Below are positions 1 through 9,690 of a stretch of 64,000 bases of DNA, piece by piece. This stretch comes from an uncultured Ruminococcus sp. (GTDB lineage Bacteria > Bacillota > Clostridia > Oscillospirales > Ruminococcaceae): positions 7,999 to 71,998 of the forward strand of contig CAMOOV010000001.1 in assembly GCA_946621745.1 (NCBI GenBank), given 5' to 3'. The position numbers and the translations under genes were made by a program. The notes below the pieces were generated by a model. It was not told the DNA's origin. It did no database searches and saw only the letters and a program-made list of their open reading frames with translations. The stretch's first letter is position 1. The number at the start of each line of letters is the position of its first letter.

Positions 1-171
1 GCATCGCGGCAGGCTGCGGACGGCACGGTCTTCTGCTTCGTCATGAACTGGACGCGGGAAGCGCGCTCCGTCAATCTGCCGTATCCGATGAAGGACTATG
101 AGACCGGCAAGATATATCAGGCTAAACTGCCGCTCGCGCCCTACGGCGCAAAAATCCTCGTCAGACTGTAA
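1..171 (+). CDS. C-terminal fragment of a glycoside-hydrolase-like protein (5' end outside window)
   Basis: Frame 1 is open from base 1 to TAA 169-171. The tail FCFVMNWTREARSVNLPYPMKDYETGKIYQAKLPLAPYGAKILVRL resembles C-terminal beta-sandwich tails of GH enzymes. The family cannot be assigned from 56 aa. Confidence 0.3.
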   Translation, partial: ASRQAADGTVFCFVMNWTREARSVNLPYPMKDYETGKIYQAKLPLAPYGAKILVRL

Positions 172-181
172 TGCACAGCAT

Positions 182-979
182 ATGAAAAAAGGAACAAAAA
201 CCGCGCTGATCTGCGGCGTCATCTTTCTCGCCGCACTGGTGGGATATACCGGACTGGATCCGTTTTCCTACCGGAATGACAGCTTCTATACCGGCAAACA
301 GATGAAGCTCTGCAGTGCGCCGGAGCAGGTGACGCCGGAATCGCTCCGGGAACGCGGCGCCGTCTGCGTTCAGTATGACGGACATATTCACGAAATCGAG
401 GGTGAATTCGTTCCGTTCCGGATCCACGGAAAAAAGGGCGCCTACCGTGCTGCAATGGCCTGCGCCGATCTGCTGGATCTGAACGAACAGACCGAGCTGC
501 GCATTCCCGATTCACTCAACTTTAACAACATCTCGTCATTCATCGGCGGCTTTCACCTCTATATGTTTTTTCAGTATTATCACGGCATTCCGGTCGCGGA
601 TACACAGGTCTCGGTCGAGGCCGGACGCTTCGGCAAGCCGCTGGGCATCACTGCCGATCTGCATTACGATTTTCCGGACGATCTCCCGACCGAGCCGGAA
701 ATCACCGCAGACGAGGCGGAGCGCATCGCCGCGAAATACGAGATGAATGAGCCGATCGGACAGAAGCCCGACCTGATGTTCGTTTTCGACAGCGAAGAAC
801 AGCCCGCGCTTGCGTGGATCACCTATATCGGTGACTACGGATATACCGTTCCGGTCAATGCGATCACTGGCGAGGTGATTGACACGGATGCCGATATCAC
901 CGAGGAAGAACAGCCACCCGTGACGGAAACCGCCGTCACGCAGACAGATATCACGACCGCACAGGGAGCATTATCATGA
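182..979 (+). CDS. membrane-anchored FTP/PepSY-like domain protein
   Basis: Start moved to ATG 182, since MKKGTKTALICGVIFLAALVGY is an N-terminal TM anchor. The C-terminal ITADEAERIAAKY...ALAWITYIGDYGYTVPVNAITGEVID fits the PepSY pattern. No protease domain follows. Confidence 0.45.
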   Translation: MKKGTKTALICGVIFLAALVGYTGLDPFSYRNDSFYTGKQMKLCSAPEQVTPESLRERGAVCVQYDGHIHEIEGEFVPFRIHGKKGAYRAAMACADLLDLNEQTELRIPDSLNFNNISSFIGGFHLYMFFQYYHGIPVADTQVSVEAGRFGKPLGITADLHYDFPDDLPTEPEITADEAERIAAKYEMNEPIGQKPDLMFVFDSEEQPALAWITYIGDYGYTVPVNAITGEVIDTDADITEEEQPPVTETAVTQTDITTAQGALS

Positions 980-1371
980 AGCATCGTATTTTACCCGTCA
1001 TCTGCGCAGCGGCACTGCTGCTGACCGGCTGCGGCGGCGCATCGTCCGCGGCAGCGCATTCTGCAACGATCATTCCCGCAAGCGGAACGATTCAGATGAA
1101 TTTGCAGGATGCCGGCTACAAGGTCAGTTTCTCTGATTCCGGCAGCGCATCGCTGCTCTCTGCCACAAACGGCAAGGAGCCGCCGGATTTCGAGGGCGTA
1201 TTCGTTATGCGCGCCGACAGCTCCGAGGCGATCGTGCAGCAGCAGTCGAAAAAAGCAGAGACCGAGAACACTGTGGTTTTCGTCCGGACGAATGATCCGG
1301 AATACGGCAATATCTTCATTACCGGCACACAAAAAGCCTTGCAGGATGCAGGCATCAAACTCGGAGACTGA
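976..1371 (+). CDS. small lipoprotein, function unknown
   Basis: MKHRILPVICAAALLLTGCGG is a signal peptide with a lipobox Cys. The start forms an ATGA overlap with the upstream stop. Confidence 0.6.
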   Translation: MKHRILPVICAAALLLTGCGGASSAAAHSATIIPASGTIQMNLQDAGYKVSFSDSGSASLLSATNGKEPPDFEGVFVMRADSSEAIVQQQSKKAETENTVVFVRTNDPEYGNIFITGTQKALQDAGIKLGD

Positions 1372-1394
1372 TACAGTCCCGAACAGGGGGAGCC

Positions 1395-3572
1395 ATGATC
1401 ACTTATCTCGAAAACGAACGGCAGTTTCAGCTCGATACCCCGCACGCCAGCTATGTGCTGACCGTCGCGGAGGAGGGCTACCTGCTGCATACATACTGGG
1501 GAAAGCGCATCGCGCCGCAGGATCTGACCGATCTGCTGCGGCTTTCCGATCCGCCCTTTGTCCCCGCAAAAAACGAACGCGAGCGCGCGAGCTTTCTCGA
1601 CTGCGCACCGTTTGATTTTCCCTGTGCCGGCATCGGCGATTACCGCGAGCCCGCGATCGTTCTGGAGGACGGCGCATTCGCCTGTGATCTGCGCTATGTC
1701 AGCCACCGCATCTATAACGGAAAATATGCGCCGCGCTGCCTGCCGCATACATGGGGCAACGGCTGCGAGACGCTTGAAATACTCATGCGCGACGAGCCGA
1801 CCGGTCTGGAGGTCAAACTGCATTACACCGTCTTTGAGGGGATCGACGCGGTCATCCGCAGTGTCTCGCTCGAAAACTGCGGCAGCCGCGATCTCATGCT
1901 GCGGCGGGTGCTTTCGGCATCGGTCGATCTCGACGACGACCGCTTTGAGATGATCACCCTCTACGGTTCATGGGCGCGTGAACGGCAGGCAGAGCGTCTG
2001 CCGATCCGCCACGGCAAGCAGCGCATCGACAGCACAAGAGGGGAGTCCTCACATCAATACAGCCCGTTTTTCGCGCTGGTGCGCCCCGAAACGACCGAGG
2101 AATCCGGCGAGGCCTACGGCTTTACGCTGATCTATTCCGGCAATTTCACGGCGCAGGCTGAGCTGACACAGTTCTGCCAGACACGCGCACAGATCGGCAT
2201 TGAGGCCGGCAGCTTTGCGCACTGTCTCAGCACCGAATCGGAATTTGATGCTCCGGAGGCTGTTCTCGTTTACAGCGAAGACGGTCTCGGCGGGATGTCC
2301 CGCACATTCCACCGGCTCTTTACCGATCATCTGATCCGGTCGAAATACCGCTATGCGGAACGGCCGGTGCTCATCAACAACTGGGAAGCGACCTACTTCG
2401 ACTTTGACCTTGAAAAGCTGAAAACAATCGCGGATGAAGCCTCCCGTCTCGGCATTGAGCTGTTCGTGCTGGATGACGGCTGGTTCGGCAGACGCGACAG
2501 CGATAACTGCTCGCTCGGCGACTGGGTGCCGGATCAGCGGAAGCTCCCCGGCGGGCTGAAACCGCTGACCGACCACATCACCGGAAAGGGGATGCGCTTC
2601 GGGCTCTGGTTCGAGCCGGAGATGATCTCGCCGGACAGCGATCTGTTCCGCGCACATCCGGATTATGCCGTCGGCATCGAGGGCAGACCGCGCACGCAGT
2701 CCAGAGCGCAGTATGTGCTGAATTATGCGCGGCGCGATGTGCGCGATGCGGTCTGGGCGCAGATGAAGGAGATCCTCGACACGGTTCCGGTCTCCTATAT
2801 CAAATGGGACATGAACCGGCAGCTGACCGAGGTTCCGTCGCCGGCCTTTTATCATCCCTATATGCTCGGCGTCTATCAGATGCTGGAGCGCCTTGTCACC
2901 GAATATCCGGATATCCTGTTGGAAAGCTGCTCCGGCGGCGGCGCAAGATTCGATCCGGGTATGCTGTATTATTCGCCGCAGATCTGGGCTTCGGACGATA
3001 CCGACGCAAAGGAGCGTCTGCGCATCCAGTACGGCGCATCGCTGTTCATGCCGCCCTCTGCGGTCGGCTCTCATGTCAGCGTATGCCCGAACCATGCGAC
3101 CGGCCGCATCACGCCCTTTGAGACGCGTGCGAATGTCGCAATGTTCGGCACATTCGGCTATGAGCTGAATGTCGCACAGCTCTCCGATGACGAAAAGGCA
3201 CAGATCCCGGCGCAGATCGCCCGCTGGCACAGCATCAGCCGTCTGATCCGCGAGGGCAGTCTTTACCGTCTCGGCAATCCCTTTGCGCCGACCGGCTTTG
3301 CGGCGCAGCAGAATGCGGATTACGATGCATGGATCTTCGTTTCCGCAGATCAGTCCGACGCGGTGTTCACCTATGTGCAGATCACGGCGGAGGCGAATAT
3401 GAAATCCCGCCGCATCCGGCTCGCAGGGCTCCTGCCCGATGCCGTATATGCCTATGAACTCGGCGGCAAAGCGTATCAGAAAACCGGTGCATATCTCATG
3501 CAGTGCGGCGTCATGCTCGCGAATCTCTGGGGCGACATGACCTCGGTGCAGCTCCGGCTGCGCACGCTCTGA
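1395..3572 (+). CDS. alpha-galactosidase, GH36 family
   Basis: 725 aa. Typical GH36 N-terminus (ITYLENERQFQLDTPHASYVL). Conserved KWDMNR and CSGGGARFD catalytic-region motifs. Confidence 0.9.
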   Translation: MITYLENERQFQLDTPHASYVLTVAEEGYLLHTYWGKRIAPQDLTDLLRLSDPPFVPAKNERERASFLDCAPFDFPCAGIGDYREPAIVLEDGAFACDLRYVSHRIYNGKYAPRCLPHTWGNGCETLEILMRDEPTGLEVKLHYTVFEGIDAVIRSVSLENCGSRDLMLRRVLSASVDLDDDRFEMITLYGSWARERQAERLPIRHGKQRIDSTRGESSHQYSPFFALVRPETTEESGEAYGFTLIYSGNFTAQAELTQFCQTRAQIGIEAGSFAHCLSTESEFDAPEAVLVYSEDGLGGMSRTFHRLFTDHLIRSKYRYAERPVLINNWEATYFDFDLEKLKTIADEASRLGIELFVLDDGWFGRRDSDNCSLGDWVPDQRKLPGGLKPLTDHITGKGMRFGLWFEPEMISPDSDLFRAHPDYAVGIEGRPRTQSRAQYVLNYARRDVRDAVWAQMKEILDTVPVSYIKWDMNRQLTEVPSPAFYHPYMLGVYQMLERLVTEYPDILLESCSGGGARFDPGMLYYSPQIWASDDTDAKERLRIQYGASLFMPPSAVGSHVSVCPNHATGRITPFETRANVAMFGTFGYELNVAQLSDDEKAQIPAQIARWHSISRLIREGSLYRLGNPFAPTGFAAQQNADYDAWIFVSADQSDAVFTYVQITAEANMKSRRIRLAGLLPDAVYAYELGGKAYQKTGAYLMQCGVMLANLWGDMTSVQLRLRTL

Positions 3573-3610
3573 AATATCATATAGAAATATCATATAAGGA
3601 AAGCGTTATC

Positions 3611-5797
3611 ATGCAAGCAGCAAAAATTCTTTTGCTCGCGGCGGCACTCGCTGCTGCGGCCGGCTCGGTCGGCTGCGCCGGCGGGAGCGCCCCGCAGACA
3701 CGCAAGACCGAATTCGGCAATGCTGCGATCGGCGGCGGCGGATATATCCCCGGCATCGTTTACAGCAAAGCTGAATCCGGACTCAAATACTGCCGCACCG
3801 ATATCGGCGGCGCCTACCGCAGACGCGAGGGCGATGCGGCATGGGTGCCGATCACCGATCATCTCGGCGGCGTCAATTCCGACAACTGGAATCTCATCGG
3901 CATCGAGGCAATCGCCTGCGATCCGGTCGAGACCGGCAGAGTCTATCTCTCCTGCGGCACCTATGCCGGCTCCAACGGCGCGATCCTGCGCTCGGAGGAT
4001 TACGGCGATACATGGGAGCAGGTCGATATGCCCTTTGCAATGGGCGGCAATATGTCCGGCAGAGGTGTCGGCGAACGGCTCGCCGTCAATCCCAAAGACA
4101 ACAGGCAGGTCTTCTGCGGCTCCCGCACAGACGGGCTCTATGTCAGCGGGGATTACGGAAAGACATGGGAGAAATGCAGCGCATTCCCCGTCACGGGCGA
4201 CTATTTTCAGGAGAAGAACCAGATCGGTGTCATGTGGATCGAATTTGCGCCGGAGAGCAATGATATGTATGTCGGCTGCGCAATGCAGAACGGCGAATGC
4301 ATCTACCGCTCAAAGGACGGCGGCAAGACCTTCGAGGCGCTGCCCGCAAATCTCCCCGGAATGTATCCGCTGCGCGCAGATATCTCGGCAAACGGATATC
4401 TCTATCTCTGCTATGCCGATTCCTGCGGCCCGAATGCGGCGGTCAAGGACGGCGCGGTCTGCCGGTTCGATACCGGAAAGGACAAATTCGAGGATATCAC
4501 ACCGCAGTGCGGCGACGGCAGATACGGCGGATTCTCCGGCATTTCCGTAGACGGCAGCGATCCGGATACGGTCGTCTGCGGCACGCTCGGCTTCTGGAGC
4601 GACCGCGGCGAGAATATCTACCGCTCCACAGACGGCGGCGATACATGGACGCCGTTTTTCTCCAATACCGAAACGAATTATCAGATGGATGTCTCCGATG
4701 CCGAATGGCTCGACTGGGGACGCGGCGAGCAGAATGCCTCGATCGGCTGGTGGATGGCGGATCTTGAAATTGATCCCTTCAACAGCGACGCGGTCACATG
4801 GGGCACCGGCGCGACGCTCTACTGCACACGCGATCTCACCGCGCTCGGCAGCGGCAAGCCCGTCACGGCGGCGTTCGATGCGCACGGGATCGAGGAAACT
4901 GCCGTATTCAAGGTCGTTTCCGTCCCGCAGAAGGACGGCTCGCCCGCGCTCTATTCGATCATGGGTGACCTGACCGGCTTCTCGCATCTCTCGGCAGAGA
5001 CAAGGCCGGACGATGCGCATTTCATGAAGAACGGAACGGCATCCGATCTTGCTGCCGCATGGCAGAACGGCAATATCGCCGTCTACGCAAATGACAGCAA
5101 GAAAGCGCCGCTGACCGTCACGACCGACGGCGGCAGCACATGGACGCCCGTTCCGAAGCTCCCTGAGCGCACGCCGAACGGCACGGTCGCGCTGAATGCG
5201 GACGGCAGCGTGCTGTTCTGGGTTCCGGGCAAGCTGAGCGCGCCCGCCTATTTCTCGACGGATCTCGGCACATCGTGGTATAAATCCAACGGGCTCGGCC
5301 TGAATGCGCGGATCTATCCCGATCCGACCGATCCGCAGATCATCTATGCGACCTGCGGCGGCAGCATTTATCTCTCACAGGACGGCGGCACGAATTTCGC
5401 CGCGACCGGCCTTGCGGTCTCCGATAACGCGGAGCTGGTTCCCTCTGCGGAGCAGCCCGGCGCTGTCTGGATCCGCTCCGGCGTCAGCCTCGGCTATTCG
5501 GATGACTACGCAAAGACAGTTGACTATATCAAGGGTGTTTCCGCAAATGCAATCGGCATCGGTGCTGCCGCTGCCGGAAACAAGATCATGCCGCTCTACT
5601 TCATGGGCGAAGCAAACGGCACAGGCAGCGGGATCTATATGACAGAGGATCACGGAAAGAGCTTCAGCAAGCTCACGACGGAAAAAGACGGCTTCGGCAA
5701 TCTGACACCCTCGATCACCGGCGATGCGACGGAATACGGCAAATTCTATTTTGCGACAAACGGCCGCGGCATCATCAAGGGACAGGTCAAGGAATAA
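3611..5797 (+). CDS. BNR/Asp-box repeat lipoprotein, GH74 (xyloglucanase)-like
   Basis: Start moved to ATG 3611 (MQAAKILLLAAALAAAAGSVGCAG, lipobox). Seven SxDxGxTW-type Asp-boxes are present (SEDYGDTWE, SGDYGKTWE, SKDGGKTFE, STDGGDTWT, TTDGGSTWT, SQDGGTNF, TEDHGKSF). Confidence 0.65.
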   Translation: MQAAKILLLAAALAAAAGSVGCAGGSAPQTRKTEFGNAAIGGGGYIPGIVYSKAESGLKYCRTDIGGAYRRREGDAAWVPITDHLGGVNSDNWNLIGIEAIACDPVETGRVYLSCGTYAGSNGAILRSEDYGDTWEQVDMPFAMGGNMSGRGVGERLAVNPKDNRQVFCGSRTDGLYVSGDYGKTWEKCSAFPVTGDYFQEKNQIGVMWIEFAPESNDMYVGCAMQNGECIYRSKDGGKTFEALPANLPGMYPLRADISANGYLYLCYADSCGPNAAVKDGAVCRFDTGKDKFEDITPQCGDGRYGGFSGISVDGSDPDTVVCGTLGFWSDRGENIYRSTDGGDTWTPFFSNTETNYQMDVSDAEWLDWGRGEQNASIGWWMADLEIDPFNSDAVTWGTGATLYCTRDLTALGSGKPVTAAFDAHGIEETAVFKVVSVPQKDGSPALYSIMGDLTGFSHLSAETRPDDAHFMKNGTASDLAAAWQNGNIAVYANDSKKAPLTVTTDGGSTWTPVPKLPERTPNGTVALNADGSVLFWVPGKLSAPAYFSTDLGTSWYKSNGLGLNARIYPDPTDPQIIYATCGGSIYLSQDGGTNFAATGLAVSDNAELVPSAEQPGAVWIRSGVSLGYSDDYAKTVDYIKGVSANAIGIGAAAAGNKIMPLYFMGEANGTGSGIYMTEDHGKSFSKLTTEKDGFGNLTPSITGDATEYGKFYFATNGRGIIKGQVKE

Positions 5798-5824
5798 CAT
5801 TCGTCCGCTCTGACAGCATCCATT

Positions 5825-5851
5825 TCTGCGGAGAGCCGCAGATCCATTTTT
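5825..5851 (+). terminator. intrinsic terminator after the GH74-like gene
   Basis: Stem tctgcgg/ccgcaga with a 4-nt loop, followed by tccattttt. Confidence 0.5.
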
Positions 5852-5879
5852 CACGCATTTTCAAAGGAGGGTCCCGATT

Positions 5880-6518
5880 ATGAGCAAACGGGCTGCACGG
5901 AGAGAAAAAGCAAGAAAGGAACGCCACCTGAGTCTGCGCTCCGGATATATCGTCGCACTGGTGCTGGTGGTCGTCGGTATTATCGGCACGATTTTCAGCA
6001 TCCAGAAGGCGAACGAATATGAAAACTCCACGGATAAGCGCACCGTCACGGCGACTGTGTACGATCTGGACACGGTCACGCGGAAGGACGAAAACGGCTT
6101 CCGCAAGATGTACTGGAAGGCAAAGCTTTCCTTCGAGGTAGAGGGCGAGATCTTTAAGGATTCAGCTCTCTTTGAGAATGAGGTCAAGGTCGGCGATCAG
6201 AAGGAGATCGACATCTACCGCACCCCGACCGGCAATTACCGCATCCCGCGGGATTCGGAACAAAAGCTCGCGAAATTTTTGTTCATTGCGATCGCGGTGG
6301 TCGGCGTTGTGACGGCAGGGCTTTCGAGATTCGTTTTCTCTGAGCCGAAGCGCAGCGCCAAGCACAGCGGCAGCAGAAAAAAGCATCGCCGCCGCGAACA
6401 GTATGACGATACCGATGAGACAGCGGATCTTGAACGCAGCTCCGACCGTCAGCACGTCAGACGCAGCGACCGTCCGCGCCGCAGACGCCGCAGCAAGCGC
6501 AGCTCTGAAGATCAGTGA
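5880..6518 (+). CDS. DUF3592-like two-TM membrane protein with a highly basic C-terminal tail
   Basis: N-terminal TM (IVALVLVVVGIIGTIF), a beta-rich middle and a second TM (FLFIAIAVVGVVTAGL). The tail is RKKHRRRE...RPRRRRRSKRSSEDQ. Confidence 0.5.
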   Translation: MSKRAARREKARKERHLSLRSGYIVALVLVVVGIIGTIFSIQKANEYENSTDKRTVTATVYDLDTVTRKDENGFRKMYWKAKLSFEVEGEIFKDSALFENEVKVGDQKEIDIYRTPTGNYRIPRDSEQKLAKFLFIAIAVVGVVTAGLSRFVFSEPKRSAKHSGSRKKHRRREQYDDTDETADLERSSDRQHVRRSDRPRRRRRSKRSSEDQ

Positions 6519-7288
6519 GGAACAGCCGATTGACAGTTACAATAAAACAGCGATTTCTGGCTGCACTCATCGCGCTTGTGCTTTTTACGCTCGCGGTCTG
6601 GTATGTGATTGAAAGCGGCGTAATCTGGTTCAATATGCCCTCGAAAACAAAATACCCTGTGCGCGGCGTGGATGCATCGCACTATCAGGGCAGCATCGAC
6701 TGGGACACGATCGCAAAGCAGGGAATCACCTTTGCTTTCATCAAGGCGACCGAGGGCTCCGGTACGGGGGACGAGTGCTTTGCGGAAAACTGGGAGAATG
6801 CGCGGAAGGCCGGACTTTATGTCGGTGCCTACCACTTCTTCAGCTTCGACAGCTCCGCCGAAACACAGGCCGCGAATTTCATCTCGGCTGTGCCGGATGT
6901 CGAAGATGCGCTCCCGCCGGTCATTGATCTGGAATTCTACCGCTCCGACAATCTGCCGGATGTGAACGCAGTCCGCGAGAGCCTGCGCATTCTGCTCGCC
7001 AGATTTCAGGGCATCTACGGCAAAAAACCGATCATCTATACGACGCGGAGATGCTGGGAGACCTATCTCAGCGACACCGATCTTTCGTATACACTCTGGA
7101 TCCGTTCGATCTTCACCGCGCCCTCCGAGAAATTCACGCCGAAATGGACTTTCTGGCAGTATAATCCCCGCGGCACACTGGAGGGCTATTCCGGCGGTGA
7201 TGTGCGGATCGACCTGAATATCTTCCGCGGCAGCATGGAGGATTTCCGCAGCTTTGCGGGATATGATCCGCAGGCTGCCGCATCCTGA
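6515..7288 (+). CDS. membrane-anchored GH25 muramidase (lysozyme)
   Basis: GVDASHYQGSIDWDTIAKQGITFAFIKATEG is the GH25 signature. The GTG start overlaps the upstream stop (GTGA). An N-terminal TM anchor is present. Confidence 0.8.
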   Translation: MRNSRLTVTIKQRFLAALIALVLFTLAVWYVIESGVIWFNMPSKTKYPVRGVDASHYQGSIDWDTIAKQGITFAFIKATEGSGTGDECFAENWENARKAGLYVGAYHFFSFDSSAETQAANFISAVPDVEDALPPVIDLEFYRSDNLPDVNAVRESLRILLARFQGIYGKKPIIYTTRRCWETYLSDTDLSYTLWIRSIFTAPSEKFTPKWTFWQYNPRGTLEGYSGGDVRIDLNIFRGSMEDFRSFAGYDPQAAAS

Positions 7289-7313
7289 TACCACAGAATG
7301 AAAGGAAACCGCT

Positions 7314-7865
7314 ATGCGTGTTATTACCGGAACCGCGCGCGGACATAAGCTCCTCACGCCGGAGGGTCTTGATACCCGTCCGACAACCGACAAGGTCAAG
7401 GAAGCCGTCTGCTCCGCGCTGCAATTTGATTTTCCCGGCGCAAAGGTACTCGACCTCTTTGCCGGCAGCGGACAAATGGGCATCGAAGCCCTGAGCCGCG
7501 GTGCATCCGGCGCGGTCTTCATCGACGCCGATCCCCGTGCGCTCGCCTGCATCAAACAGAATGTCAAAGCCTGCGGCTTCGCCGAGCGGTCAGCCGTTCT
7601 GCGCTCCGATGCGGTCAGCTATCTCCAGCGGACGACTGAGCGCTTTGATATCGCATTTCTCGATCCGCCCTACCGTCACGACATTTTACCGCAGATCCTC
7701 CCTCTGCTCGCCGAAAAAATGCAAAAAACCGGCATAATCGTCTGCGAACATGAGCCGGAATGCAAATTATCTGAGAGAATTCTGTATTTTGACTTGCAAA
7801 AGCAGAAAAAATATGGTAAAATAATAATTAGTATCTATCGGAATCTGTCAGAGGATGAGGCATAA
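7314..7865 (+). CDS. rsmD: 16S rRNA (guanine966-N2)-methyltransferase
   Basis: MRVITGTARGHKLLTPEGLDTRPTTDKVKEA, LDLFAGSGQMGIEALSRGA and DPPY motifs. Confidence 0.9.
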   Translation: MRVITGTARGHKLLTPEGLDTRPTTDKVKEAVCSALQFDFPGAKVLDLFAGSGQMGIEALSRGASGAVFIDADPRALACIKQNVKACGFAERSAVLRSDAVSYLQRTTERFDIAFLDPPYRHDILPQILPLLAEKMQKTGIIVCEHEPECKLSERILYFDLQKQKKYGKIIISIYRNLSEDEA

Positions 7866-7898
7866 GGCCGAAGCCCCCGCAGTGAAAGGATATCACCC

Positions 7899-8492
7899 AT
7901 GAGTGAAAAGACACGCCGCGTCGCGGTCTGCCCCGGCAGCTTCGACCCGGTCACATACGGACATCTCGATATCATCAGCAGAGCCGCAAAGCTCTTTGAC
8001 AAGGTCATCGTGCTGGTCTCCGCAAATCTCGAAAAGCATCCTGTCTTCACCCTCACCGAGCGCCTGCTCATGATCGAAAAGGTCACGAAAGACTTCGACA
8101 ATATCGTCATTGATATTCTGGAGGATGAGCTGCTCGCGGATTATGTCCGCAGAGTCGGCGCGGATGCGATCGTCAAGGGTCTGCGCGCCGTCACGGACTT
8201 TGAATATGAATTTCAGATGGCACTCGGCAACAAGAAGCTCTTTCCCGGTGCCGAGACCGTTTTCCTGACGACCTCTGCCGAGAATATGTATCTCAGCTCC
8301 AGTATCGTCAGACAGATCGCCGCGCTCGGCGGCGACATCAGCAGCTTCGTTCCCGCAGAGGTCCAGAATGTCATCCTGGAACGGCTGCACAGAACCAAGT
8401 CAAAATCACCCGCCGGCGGCGCGGCAAGCCCGCAGGAGCTCCGGCAGGTGCAGCAATTTGCAAATGCAATCAGAAAGGAAGAATCAGAATGA
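7899..8492 (+). CDS. coaD: phosphopantetheine adenylyltransferase
   Basis: VAVCPGSFDPVTYGHLDIISRA (HxGH nucleotidyltransferase motif). Canonical rsmD-coaD linkage. About 35 aa of extra C-terminal tail. Confidence 0.9.
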   Translation: MSEKTRRVAVCPGSFDPVTYGHLDIISRAAKLFDKVIVLVSANLEKHPVFTLTERLLMIEKVTKDFDNIVIDILEDELLADYVRRVGADAIVKGLRAVTDFEYEFQMALGNKKLFPGAETVFLTTSAENMYLSSSIVRQIAALGGDISSFVPAEVQNVILERLHRTKSKSPAGGAASPQELRQVQQFANAIRKEESE

Positions 8493-8932
8493 GTGTATTT
8501 GATATTCTCGACGAAATGGATGATCTGCTGGATAATGCAAAGGCATTTCCGCTCGCAGCACATAAGGTCGTCATCGACGGCGACCGTCTCCGTGAGCTGG
8601 TCAATGACATCCGACTCAATATGCCGAAGGAAATGAAGCGCGCACAGACCATCGACTATGACTGCGACCGCATTATGAAGGAAGCCCAGACCAACGCAGA
8701 AAGCATCATCCACGGCGCTGAGGAGCGTGCAAAGGCGCTCGTCGCTGAGAACGCGATCGTTGAGGAATCGAAGAAGCGCGCACATGAGATCCTCGCAAAG
8801 ACAAAGACCAAGTGTGAGCAGACCAAGGATGCGACCTCTGCCTATGTTTTGCAGGCTCTGACCGAAACCGAAGCAAAGCTCAATATCCTGCTGACCGATC
8901 TCCGCAAGGAAAAGAGCAGTTGGGAAAAATAA
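8489..8932 (+). CDS. coiled-coil protein, function unknown
   Basis: ATGA overlap with coaD. Charged heptad-like sequence (AQTNAESIIHGAEERAKALVAENAIVEESKKRAHEILAKTKTK). No catalytic motif seen. Confidence 0.5.
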   Translation: MSVFDILDEMDDLLDNAKAFPLAAHKVVIDGDRLRELVNDIRLNMPKEMKRAQTIDYDCDRIMKEAQTNAESIIHGAEERAKALVAENAIVEESKKRAHEILAKTKTKCEQTKDATSAYVLQALTETEAKLNILLTDLRKEKSSWEK

Positions 8933-9465
8933 TCACCCGCCGCAGGGCGCTGATCCTCTGCATTGTGCTGACGGTGCTGTGGATGTGTGTGATCTTTCTG
9001 TTCTCCGCCAAAGACAGTACGGAATCTGCCGATATGAGCGGCACGCTGCTGCGAGGGCTGCTGTCGGTTTTCGTCCCGCACTGGGAGAAGCGCTCCTCTG
9101 ATGCGCAGCAGCAGATCATAGATTCGCTGCACACTGTCTTCCGGAAGCTCGGACATTTTTCTGAATATGCGCTGCTCGGATGTCTGCTCTCGGCAGATGT
9201 CAGACTTTTGCCGCAAAACAGCCGGCTGCCGCTCCGGAAAACGGAGCTATGGCTTCCGGCGCTTTTGTCGTTTCTCTATGCCGGAACCGATGAGCTGCAT
9301 CAGGCATTCGTGCCGGGCAGAAGCTGTGAGCTGCGCGATGCGTTCATTGATCTGTCCGGTGCCTGTGTCGGCATTGCTGTACTGTGGCTGGCGGTTTTGA
9401 TCCGCAGAAAGCTCCGGCAGCGCCGCTCAGAGAAGAATCATCATAAAACGGGCGCTCCGGGCTGA
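8920..9465 (+). CDS. VanZ-like family membrane protein
   Basis: TTG start. HFSEYALLG and DELHQAFVPGRSCELRDAFIDLSGACVGI match the VanZ pattern. Four hydrophobic segments. Confidence 0.7.
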   Translation: MGKIITRRRALILCIVLTVLWMCVIFLFSAKDSTESADMSGTLLRGLLSVFVPHWEKRSSDAQQQIIDSLHTVFRKLGHFSEYALLGCLLSADVRLLPQNSRLPLRKTELWLPALLSFLYAGTDELHQAFVPGRSCELRDAFIDLSGACVGIAVLWLAVLIRRKLRQRRSEKNHHKTGAPG

Positions 9466-9477
9466 GCGTCCGTTTTT
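9446..9477 (+). terminator. intrinsic terminator overlapping the VanZ-like stop codon
   Basis: Stem aaacgggcgctc/gagcgtccgttt with one mismatch, then a T-run. Confidence 0.45.
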
Positions 9478-9592
9478 GTCTGCCTGCGATTTTTCCCGCA
9501 TACTGCAAAAAAGCAAATCCGGTTCCCTGCGCCGCCTTTCTCTTTGTATAATATGCTGTAGGTTTACAGGCAAAATTCGTGTAAAAAGTGAC

Positions 9593-9621
9593 TTGTATAT
9601 TTTACCGCCATATGTTATAAT
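9593..9621 (+). promoter_or_regulatory. sigma-A-type promoter upstream of cellobiose phosphorylase
   Basis: TTGTAT, a 17-nt spacer, then TATAAT. Located about 70 nt upstream of ATG 9691. Confidence 0.45.
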
Positions 9622-9690
9622 TAAGTATATCTGTGCAGTCATGCGCAATATATGCCTAAATACTATTCTGCAAAAAAAGGAGCGAAAACT

